DNA of 44,137 nt, from assembly GCA_002269645.1 (NCBI GenBank), contig NIVC01004496.1, positions 1 through 44,137 of the forward strand, written 5' to 3'. Below are positions 24,325 to 34,605 of this stretch, piece by piece (position 1 is the first letter of the stretch; every line of letters starts with the position of its first letter). The notes below the pieces were generated by a model that was not told where the DNA came from, searched no databases, and was given only the letters and a program-made list of their open reading frames with translations. The stretch is from Macrostomum lignano (lineage: Eukaryota). A program made the translations under genes and the position numbers.

Positions 24325-26010
24325 TCAGCTACGGGATCGGGACTCTTATCTACGGGATTGGGACCCTTAGCTACGGAATTGGGACTCTTGGCTACGAAAT
24401 CGGGACTCTTATCTACGGGATTGGGACCCTTAGCTACGGAATTGGGACTCTTAGCTACGAGATCCGGACTCTTAGCTATGGAATCGGGACTCTTAGCTTC
24501 GTTTTCGGGACACTTAGCTTCGTTTTCGGGACTCTTAGCTTCGTTTTCGGGACTCTTAGCTTCGTTTTCGGGACACTTAGCTTCGAGATCGGGACAATTA
24601 GCTTCGGGATCAGGACTTTTAGCTATGGGATCGGGACTCATATCTAGCGGGATCGGGACTCTTAGCTACGGGATCGGGACTCTTATCTACGGGATTGGGA
24701 CCCTTAGCTACGGAATTAGGACCCTTAGCTACGGAATTGGGACTCTTGGCTACAATATCCGGACTCTTAGCTATGGAATCGGGACTTTTAGCTTCGTTTT
24801 CGGGACACTTAGTTTCGGGATCGGGACAATTAGCTTCGGGATCAGAACTCTTAGCTATGGGATCGGGACTCGTATCTAACTGGATCGGGACTCGTATCTA
24901 ACTGGATCGGGACTCTTAGCTACCTGATCGGGACACTTAGATAGCTCGTACACCATACATCATAGGAGTCATCTATCGGGATCGGGACTCATATCTAACG
25001 GGATCGGGACTCATATCTAACAGGATCGGGCCTCATATCTAACGGGATCGGGACTCATATCTAACAGGATCGGGCCTCATATCTAACGGGATCGGGCCTC
25101 ATATCTAACGGGATCGGGACTCATATCTAACAGGATCGGGCCTCATATCTAACGGGATCGGGACTCTTAGCTACAGGATTGGGCCTCATATCTAACGGGA
25201 TCGGGACTCATATCTAACGGGATCGGGACTCATAGCTACGGGATCGGGACTCATATCTAACGGGATCGGGACTCATATCTAACGGGATCGGGACTCATAT
25301 CTAACGGGATCGGGACTCATATCTAACGGGATCAGGACTCTTAGCTACGGGATCGGGACTCATATCTAACGGGATCAGGACTCTTAGCTACGTGATCGGG
25401 ACACTTAGATAGCTCGTACACCATACATCATAGGAGTCATCTATCGGGATCGGGACTTATATCTAACGGGATCGGGACTCATATCTAACGGGATCGGGAC
25501 TCTTAGTTACAGGATCGGGCCTCATATCTAACGGAATCGGGCCTCATATCTAACGGGATCGGGACTCATATCTAACAGGATCGGGCCTCATATCTAACGG
25601 GATCGGGACTCTTAGCTACAGGATTGGGCCTCATATCTAACGGGATCGGGACTCTTAGCTACAGGATCGGGACTCATATCTAACGGGATCGGGACTCATA
25701 GCTACGGGATCGGGACTCATATCTAACGGGATCGGGACTCATATCTAACGGGATCGGGACTCTTAGCTACAGGATTGGGCCTCATATCTAACGGGATCGG
25801 GACTCATATCTAACGGGATCGGGACTCATAGCTACGGGATCGGGACTCATATCTAACGGGATCGGGACTCATATCTAACGGGATCGGGACTCATATCTAA
25901 CGGGATCGGGACTCTTAGCTACGGGATCGGGACTCATATCTAACGGGATCAGGACTCTTAGCTACATCATCGGGACTCATATCTAACTGGATCGGGATCT
26001 AAGGGATCGG
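24325..26010. repeat. Intronic minisatellite: 21-bp units (GGGATCGGGACTCTTAGCTAC) grading into 22-bp units (GGGATCGGGACTCATATCTAAC)
   Basis: Directly visible; a unique ~50-bp insert is duplicated at 24933 and 25401. Confidence 0.95.
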
Positions 26011-26025
26011 GACTATCAGTCGCAG

Positions 26026-26729
26026 GATCAGAACTTGTCTGCGGGATCATTATTCACAATCAGCCCGCTTATGAACCCGCAGATTTCGCCAATTTTGGCC
26101 GACCTTGGCTTGCCAGCCGGCAGCGCTCAGGTCAGCATGCAGCTGCCTTCGTTTACTGCCTATTCGAGCCAATTGTCTAAGAAACGGTGGGTTAGTTATG
26201 CGGTTCGAATGCCCGAACTATTTAATCTGCTTCGTCCGTTTAACGAGCTGGTAACTCTGCAGTGGACTCTCGATGCTCAGGCAATCCATCAGCTCAGCGT
26301 TATTGGCCAATTCGTCTCATTCGCTGCCAGTTCTGCTCGGCGCGCGGTAGCGCAGTTTCCCGTGCAGCTGGTGGACTGTCTGGCCAGCATGGCCGTGTCC
26401 GGCTTTGCTCTGCTCGCTGGGACGCCAGCCAGACCTGACCAGGTGCAGCTGTGCACCAATCGCTACCTGGCTAGCACTCTGTGGCCTCGGTACTGCCGCC
26501 TGCTGCTCAGGCTGGTTGCTGAGCACGTCGCCAACTGGGCCAGCGTCCAGCTGAACAAGCGTCTGGAAAGTGTCGACGTTGATTCCATGGTTGCGGAGGC
26601 CAAGACGCGGCTGGGCTGGTACAGCGGCGTCAAAAGTCGAACTATGAGTAATCGAGACGAAGTCCTCCGTGAGCAGACGCCTCGCTCGCCAACAAGAAGT
26701 GCACAGAATCAGCGATGGTTCAGTGAAAG
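26026..26729 (+). CDS. Orphan gene exon 2
   Basis: Acceptor CGCAG|GAT is phase 0 and in frame with ORF 26035; donor AAG|GTAGGA at 26730, phase 2. Confidence 0.75.
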
Positions 26730-26757
26730 GTAGGATCTCTACAGATTTATTGCGCTG

Positions 26758-28815
26758 CTGGTTGCCACCACCCGAAACTACTGGGGTTCTGTCCTGGTTG
26801 CCACCACACGAAACTACTGGGGTTCTGTCCTGGTTGCCACCACCCGAAACTACTGGGGTTCTGTCCTGGTTGCCACCACCCGAAACTACTGGGGTTCTGT
26901 CCTGGTTGCCACCACCCGAAACTACTGGGGTTCTGTCCTGGTTGCCACCACCCGAAACTACTGGGGTTCTGTCCTGGTTGCCACCACCCGAAACTACTGG
27001 GGTTCTGTCCTGGTTGCCACCACCCGAAACTACTGGGGTTCTGTCCTGGTTGCCACCACACGAAACTACTGGGGTTCTGTCCTGGTTGCCACCACCCGAA
27101 ACTACTGGGGTTCTATCCTGGTTGCCACCACCCGAAACTACTGGGGTTCTGTCCTGGTTGCCACCACCCGAAACTACTGGGGTTCTGTCCTGGTTGCCAC
27201 CACACGAAACTACTGGGGTTCTGTCCTGGTTGCCACCACCCGAAACTACTGGGGTTCTGTCCTGGTTGCCACCACCCGAAACTACTGGGGTTCTGTCCTG
27301 GTTGCCACCACACGAAACTACTGGGGTTCTGTCCTGGTTGCCACCACACGAAACTACTGGGGTTCTGTCCTGGTTGCCACCACCCGAAACTACTGGGGTT
27401 CTGTCCTGGTTGCCACCACCCGAAACTACTGGGGTTCTGTCCTGGTTGCCACCACCCGAAACTACTGGGGTTCTGTCCTGGTTGCCACCACCCGAAACTA
27501 CTGGGGTTCTATCCTGTTTGCCACCACCCGAAACTACTGGGGTTCTGTCCTGGTTGCCACCACCCGAAACTACTGGGGTTCTATCCTGGTTGCCACCACC
27601 CGAAACTACTGGGGTTCTGTCCTGGTTGCCACCACCCGAAACTACTGGGGTTCTGTCCTGGTTGCCACCACCCGAAACTACTGGGGTTCTGTCCTGGTTG
27701 CCACCACACGAAACTACTGGGGTTCTGTCCTGGTTGCCACCACCCGAAACTACTGGGGTTCTGTACTGGTTGCCACCACCCGAAACTACTGGGGTTCTGT
27801 CCTGGTTGCCACCACCCGAAACTACTGGGGTTCTGTCCTGGTTGCCACCACACGAAACTACTGGGGTTCTGTCCTGGTTGCCACCACCCGAAACTACTGG
27901 GGTTCTGTCCTGGTTGCCACCACACGAAACTACTGGGGTTCTGTCCTGGTTGCCACCACCCGAAACTACTGGGGTTCTATCCTGGTTGCCACCACCCGAA
28001 ACTACTGGGGTTCTATCCTGGTTGCCACCACCCGAAACTACTGGGGTTCTATCCTGGTTGCCACCACACGAAACTACTGGGGTTCTGTCCTGGTTGCCAC
28101 CACCCGAAACTACTGGGGTTCTGTCCTGGTTGCCACCACCCGAAACTACTGGGGTTCTGTCCTGGTTGCCACCACACGAAACTACTGGGGTTCTGTCCTG
28201 GTTGCCACCACTCGAAACTACTGGGGTTCTGTCCTGGTTGCCACCACCCGAAACTACTGGGGTTCTGTCCTGGTTGCCACCACCCGAAACTACTGGGGTT
28301 CTGTCCTGGTTGCCACCACCCGAAACTACTGGGGTTCTGTCCTGGTTGCCACCACCCGAAACTACTGGGGTTCTGTCCTGGTTGCCACCACCCGAAACTA
28401 CTGGGGTTCTATCCTGGTTGCCACCACCCGAAACTACTGGAGTTCTATCCTGGTTGCCACCACCCGAAACTACTGGGGTTCTGTCCTGGTTGCCACCACC
28501 CGAAACTACTGGGGTTCTGTCCTGGTTGCCACCACCCGAAACTACTGGGGTTCTGTCCTGGTTGCCACCACCCGAAACTACTGGGGTTCTGTCCTGGTTG
28601 CCACTACCCGAAACTACTGGGGTTCTGTCCTGGTTGCCACCACCCGAAACTACTGGGGTTCTGTCCTGGTTGCCACCACCCGAAACTACTGGGGTTCTGT
28701 CCTGGTTGCCACCACCCGAAACTACTGGGGTTCTGTCCTGGTTGCCACCACCCGAAACTACTGGGGTTCTATCCTGGTTGCCACCACCCGAAACTACTGG
28801 GGTTATATCCTGGTT
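26758..28815. repeat. Intronic 36-bp minisatellite, ~57 highly homogeneous units (CTGGTTGCCACCACCCGAAACTACTGGGGTTCTGTC)
   Basis: 36-bp period; few variants (CCC/CAC, GTC/ATC); source of the 728-aa ORF. Confidence 0.97.
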
Positions 28816-28937
28816 TCAGCTCTTTCATCCTAGCCTATACCCTGTCCTCTATTAGCATTATTTTAACAGTCTGTGCGCGCTTGACAATTTTAGTAGAAAA
28901 TCACCCGTAATCATCGTATTTCTGTTTATCTGCGTAG

Positions 28938-29127
28938 GCAACCACTGCAGCGACCAAACCAGCGACCATATATTCATCGACCTGATCGGAGGCCAAACCA
29001 GCGGCCACCCCGGCGATCGGGCCGTCAGTCAGACTCAGAAGATTCAATATCGCCGTTGGCCGCAGCCGCAGACAAGCCCTATCAATCACGCCATCACCTT
29101 GGAGCTAAGCTCGCCAGGCTCTCCTAA
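28938..29127 (+). CDS. Orphan gene exon 3 (terminal, Arg/Pro/Gln-rich)
   Basis: Acceptor TTTCTGTTTATCTGCGTAG|G; the phase-2 join gives RQPLQRPNQRPYIHRPDRR..KLARLS*, open to TAA at 29125-29127. Confidence 0.75.
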
Positions 29128-31092
29128 AGTTTTGAGTTTCCTAGTTTTAATTAGTTTGCGTTTATTAGGCCTTTTGAACCGTAGCCCTGAATGTTATTTT
29201 CTTAGAATATGTAATATGATTTTTTATTGAAATATTTGTTATAACTTATAATTTCAATTCTTGCTGCAAGATGTCATTCGATTCTCAGCGGCACGTTTTT
29301 TGTGTCACTCGCGTTCAATTTGAAACTCAAATTTAATTAACAAAATATTAATAACCCACTCATTCGATGTTTTTTGTTCGTCTTCATTGACACCATCTGA
29401 ACCTGCTCTGATGACAGCTGGTCTGCTTTTGTCGGCTAAGTAATTTACTATTTTTGTAATTCTTTTTAATCAATCGGTGATGGTTTAAACGCACACACTT
29501 TATTCACTTGGACTTGTGCTTTTTGTATTAAACTTGATGCAATTCCACAGCTAGCTAGTTCAGTACTGTTGAGTTTCTGTTAAAGTCAGCCATCTTTGTG
29601 TTAGTCATTTTATATTTCGTAGATTTTTTATTAGACTCTTCTGTCACTTTTTATTTCACTTTCCTGTCTGTCTGTCTACTCTCTGCTTAAGACTAATCCA
29701 TATAGTTTGGATTTGCTCTCATAAGCTTTCTCTCAAGTTATTCTCCCAATAACTTGATAAGCCACTTAGGCATAGAATTCTTAGTAAAGCAGCCTTTCTA
29801 CTGCAATGTCTACTGCAATACTGCTATTTTTAGAACTGACGTCACTTGAGGTCTCCGGCCAGAGTACACGCGGCTGTGACTCAGTTGCTATTTTTAGCAA
29901 CATGAGTCACTCCTCTCCTTAGAGAAGGGAGGGGTCCGAAAGCACGTGATTCTCCCGGTAAACAGGGCCAACGAGTGCAGTAAACATGTTTACGTTTACT
30001 GCACTTTAAGACTCCAAGAACACAAGATCTGTCATGTGACTTGCTCACAAGACAGAGGAAAACGGGACGGGAACGAAACAGAGACAGCCTACAGCAGAGA
30101 AGCTGAGGGCTGAGAACAGAGACGCAGAAGGGCAGAACAGGCCAAGGGCAGCAACAGACGGGCGGGAAGCTGACCAGCGGCATACAGCAACCCAGGGCGG
30201 GGGTGAGGGCGAAGGAAGCTGCTGACAATAGTGCGACGCCTAACACCAAACTAGCGGATCACTACACAACCTCAGACTAAAATATCGTACGAAGTGTCGA
30301 GGCTCAAGCATTCATCAAGGAATACACAGAATAGGTGGGCTCTAGTTCATATCTTTTCTTTCACCTGTTTCTATGCTACACCTTTTCTATGCTACAGACT
30401 ATGCTACAGACTCAGGATAATTTTGTCTATGGCTAAACCTTACTTCGGTTAGAATGTTTTGAGCTGGGGTTAGACTGGGTCCCAGTCTAAATTGTCTGAA
30501 TTGAATTTCCGCTAGTTTTTTTAGAACTGGACTTTGATCAAAATCGAACGTGAAAATGTGTATTGCATTGCATGCATAAGCCGGAATTCGGATGCTTCGG
30601 ATGTGTCACAGTGAGTCATTCCCCCAGCCAAAACCCCCAGCTCACATAACAGCAATATTGTGTCAAAAAACACTGTCCAGGGAATACTCTCTCTGTCCAG
30701 GGAGTATTCCCTGCACTGTCCATGGAAAAACACGCCATCTTTGTTCCAAGTTGATCTCCACGCGTGGCTGAAATTATAGATAGACTTAGACTGATTGAGA
30801 AATGCAATACTCAGGTATAAATAGACATGAATGGAAGTCTCTGGTGACTGGAGAGACGGTTGGATTCTAGAAGCGAGTTAACTCTGTATCCTGCTATCTC
30901 AATACTCTGAGTCAGAACATTGCTATTTCGTCTACGGGGAGGTAGAGAAGCAAAGCGCTACATTGCGCAAAATAACAGTCATACTTCAAATCCTCTTTAT
31001 TCCTTTACTCTATTGACTTAAAACATTTTTCGTCATTATATTCTGCTTTAAAAATATGCTCTATTATTATTAGCATGGTTTACATATTGCAG

Positions 31093-33753
31093 CGTGACTT
31101 GGACATGGCCTCGGCAGCCTATAACAAGAAATCCGCCTCATTTAGATCAGACACGCGTTTTCTACGCATGCTGCTGACTGTACGCTGGAGTCTGCGCAAC
31201 GTCGCCAGCAAGGAGGCCGCAGAACAGTTGAAACAGGCGGCTGCACTTGAGTTCCGCGAGTTACAGGTGAGCAGTTTTGGCATTTATTTGACGCATTACA
31301 ATAGTTGAAAGTCATTATCCGACATCACGGAAAGTAGCAAAGAAATCGGTAGCATGTCCACTCTCGCGCCAAAGCCACTGGCTTTGATTCCGCTCGACCG
31401 TGCATGGAAATCTGCTTCTCGTGAGCTGAAATGGGTCCGGGGAATGTACGATATGGGTCGGCTCCTAGGGCTTTGTGCACATGCACACTGCCTAACGTTG
31501 AAAAGTCCGGCCACTTTACGCTGTGTGCTTGCGTTTGCGTATTGTAAGGTGCGCATTTACGTATTCAGGGGTCAGTGGTATGAGCATTTAGCTACAGTGC
31601 TTTCCTACTCGCTGGCTGTGTATAGACTTTCGCCTTGATTTGCGACAGTGCCTGAAGCCCCACCTGCGTCTATGTAGCACTAGTTGCAGACCGTAAGGCT
31701 AAAATTGAATTAAGAATTTAAGAATTGCACGTTTACTTAATAATGATTCGCCCTCATCATGTTTGCTCCTCAGATCCGGCTGCCAGACTCTGAGCTGCGC
31801 CACCTACTGCGCGTCGAGTTGGTTCGCGCATTCTCCTCCATCGCTTTGGAGCCGGCGCTTCTACCGCTCTTGGCCGCCGGTGAGCATCGGCAGCCGGACG
31901 TTGTCAGCGTGCGGAAGTCTTGGCCAGTCTGGTGCAGCCTATGCGTTGAAGCGTTGCACGAGTTAACAGAGCTCAGTGGTTTCAGTTCGCCGCTTCCGAA
32001 TATATGCGATTTGCTTAACGTTATTCAAGGCATTGAGGATATTATTGTTACCCAGCTGAGAAGCCGCTGGTCTAAGCTGCAGGCGCTGGAGTTCATCGGA
32101 CGCCGATCGACCCCTGCTACATCAACCGCTGCTGTTACTGTCTCTGAATCTACTACAGCGTCCGTCCCACCTGCCGTAGCTCCAATCATGCAGTCTTCTG
32201 TAGAAGCTGCTAGCGATCGTCTGCAGGTGCCGCCGATGATGTCCTCATTAGTGCGCCCTTCATCGGAATCAGCAGCGTCGTCTTGCCAGGTAGGCTTCAG
32301 CAGCAGCGACTCCGGCCTGCTAAACTATTCGACAGTCTTGAACTCAACGCAACCATCGGGCGCTGCACCGTACGGTCACGTTCAGCAATCAAGTCCGATG
32401 GCGATACCGCCTCTCATGTCGATGCCATTTTCTGTCTCAACCTCCTCTAACTGCGGTTCTTCTGCTCAAGTTGTATTTCCCCAACCGCCGCCTCAGTCGT
32501 CACCACTTCCGGCTTGCCCAGTAATGGCGGCTTGCTTTTCAGGAAATGTAGGAGTAGCCCCATCATTGCCTGTGTCGCCTCATTTAAACATTTTCCCTCC
32601 TATGGACTTATTCGCACAGCCTTTGCCACCTCTTCCTGCTAAGGCTTCCTGTCCTATGCAAATCCGTCTGTCAGAAACAATTTCGGCTGAGTTAGCTTCT
32701 GGAACTTCTACATGTAAAGCTTCTGTAATAAATCCTGCGATACCCAGCTCACGTGTCACGACTTCGACTTCAGTAGTTGACTCTGGAACAGCTGCACCGT
32801 CTATTAATGAAGTAACAGTTGCGTCAGCTGTGACCACCACTTCCTCTGCAACCGGTTCGGATAATTTGCTACAGGCTGCACCAAACTTAAAATATTCCGT
32901 TAATGCCACAGCTTCTTCATTGCTTAGCTCTACCGGTACCTGCAGCTCCACCACTGTTGCTTCTTCTGTCACAGCTGCTGCTTCATCGTTGAGCTCTACC
33001 CGCTGCTCTACCCCTGTTGTAACAACAGCTTCCAAAGCTTCTACTTCGTTGCTAGACGCTTTCAGAAACTCTGCTTCCGGTACTGCTGCTTCTTTGTTTG
33101 GCTCTTTTAGAGTTTCAACTTCTAACAGCTCTGTTCCTGTCACATCCGCGTCGGTTAAAAAATCGATTGCAAGTACCTCTACCCTTGGTAGCGAATCGAC
33201 CACACTGACTTCTGTCAAAATTGACGCGACAAAAAACAAACCCGAGCTGATCGCTGCCTCGGATGCGTTAGCACGGAAAAAGTCATATAAACCCATGAAG
33301 TCTGCCTCTAAACAAAAGGAATCTATCGTTAATGCTCAAAGGTTAGCCAAAACCGCGTCGGTTAAAAGTAAGCAAAAATCATCTACGTCTGCTTCTACTG
33401 CCTCGCTGAAAAGAAAGTACAGCGCACGTACATCCGTCTCAGGTACTGCAGTGCACAGGAAGTCCAGCGCACGTACATTCGTCTCAGGTACTTCAGTGCA
33501 CAGAAAGTCCAGCGCACCTACTTCTGTATCAGACAAATCCAAGTCTAAACACTCGTCAACTTCAGATCTACATCAACATAGAAAGCGTCGAAATGAAGGC
33601 CCATCTAGCCAATCATCTTCATCAAAGATTAACAAGGCTGTTATAAATATGGCCACAGCAGATAGAAACTGTGCTTCCTCGCATTTAAACGGTGAACTTT
33701 TATACTTTAATGATGAAATCGAACTAGAAGAGGGCGAAATTGTATCTGATTGA
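31093..33753 (+). CDS. Spliced protein with an N-terminal helical region, long S/T/A/P low-complexity region, basic patch and C-terminal EEGEI motif. Exons 31093-31266, ~31312-31548, 31774-33753; 5' end unresolved.
   Basis: Sites TGCAG|, CAG|GTGAGC, AAG|GTGCGC and CTCCTCAG|ATC are all phase 0 (the 31311 acceptor is weak). The terminal exon is ~2 kb with no stop and ends DEIELEEGEIVSD*. Confidence 0.75.
33421..33535 (+). repeat. 45-bp coding repeat (SARTSVSGTAVHRKS, ~2.5 copies)
   Basis: Visible in both DNA and translation. Confidence 0.75.
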
Positions 33754-34247
33754 TTTCTGAGGAAGCCGTCTCAAGTTATTTTATTCTGGTTAATTTCAAT
33801 CTATCATTACCTCAATAATTATTGCTTGATTTATTTAGTGGCTTTATATACGCGTCAGATGTGAACCCAGACCCAGCAATTGCTTTTGATCAATGTACAT
33901 CCTGCTTGCCTGTTTTGCAAATCTTATAGTCATACATGTGATCCACCCTTAACTTGTGTTCAGAAACGCAGCTATTGCAATAAGTTACCACGCACTTTAG
34001 TGGCATGGTGCATGTGGAATAGTGTAATCGACAGTGGCATGACTGAGCCCGGTGGCTGGGCAAAGTGGTCTTGCTTATTTTGATGCATTATTTATGTTTT
34101 AAGTGCGAACTGTCCCAATATTTAAATCTCTGAGCACCGGCTTTGTACACCAATCTAGCCACAGCTTGTGCCATAGACGAAAAACGTGGTAACCGGAGGG
34201 TCAGCTATGTGGATAAAAAAATAGGTTTCAACTTTTCGTCTTTATTG

Positions 34248-34605
34248 GTATTGCTTTTGTCAGCCTAACTGAGAATAAAGCCATCCAAAGTGAGAATCCT
34301 GCCTACGCTGACTGCGAAGGGCCTGGCTGCGTGCAGCCTTAGTCTATGGGCCATAGACAATAAAGGACAAGCAAAGTGATAAAAAGCCATCCAATGTGAG
34401 AATCGATTGGTCTATGCGTCGTATTCTTTTATTTTTATACCTTCTGAGCTTCTGAGCCATTATATGACTAGCCAATCCTAGCTTATCCTTTATAGTCTAT
34501 GGCCCATAGACTAAGGCTGCACGCAGCCAGGCCCTTCGCAGTCAGCGTAGGCAGGATTCTCGCTTTGGATGGCTTTATTCTCAGTTGGGCTGACAAAACC
34601 AATAC
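34248..34605. repeat. Near-perfect inverted repeat (~125-bp arms, ~108-bp spacer) with CCATAGAC/GTCTATGG termini
   Basis: 34248-34372 is the reverse complement of 34481-34605 with only a few mismatches. Confidence 0.9.

Noticed and set aside
24192-24901. Neurofilament-like KSP-repeat ORF (-) and YGIGTLS/GLLA ORFs (+)
   Set aside because: Translations of the 21-bp intronic minisatellite; frames break where units become 22 bp.
15233-28815. Tandem arrays as CRISPR arrays
   Set aside because: Units abut with no unique spacers, there are no cas genes, and the context is eukaryotic.
26669-28855. 728-aa PPPETTGVLSWL repeat protein
   Set aside because: It lies within a GT-AG intron with phase-matched flanking exons, and the consensus unit is stop-free in all three forward frames, so ORF length is uninformative.
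28901-29089. 62-aa minus-strand ORF
   Set aside because: Antisense shadow of orphan exon 3, which has proper splice signals on +.
32580-33296. 238-aa minus-strand ORF (also 41629-42270 and 42446-42751)
   Set aside because: Antisense shadows of low-complexity coding exons.
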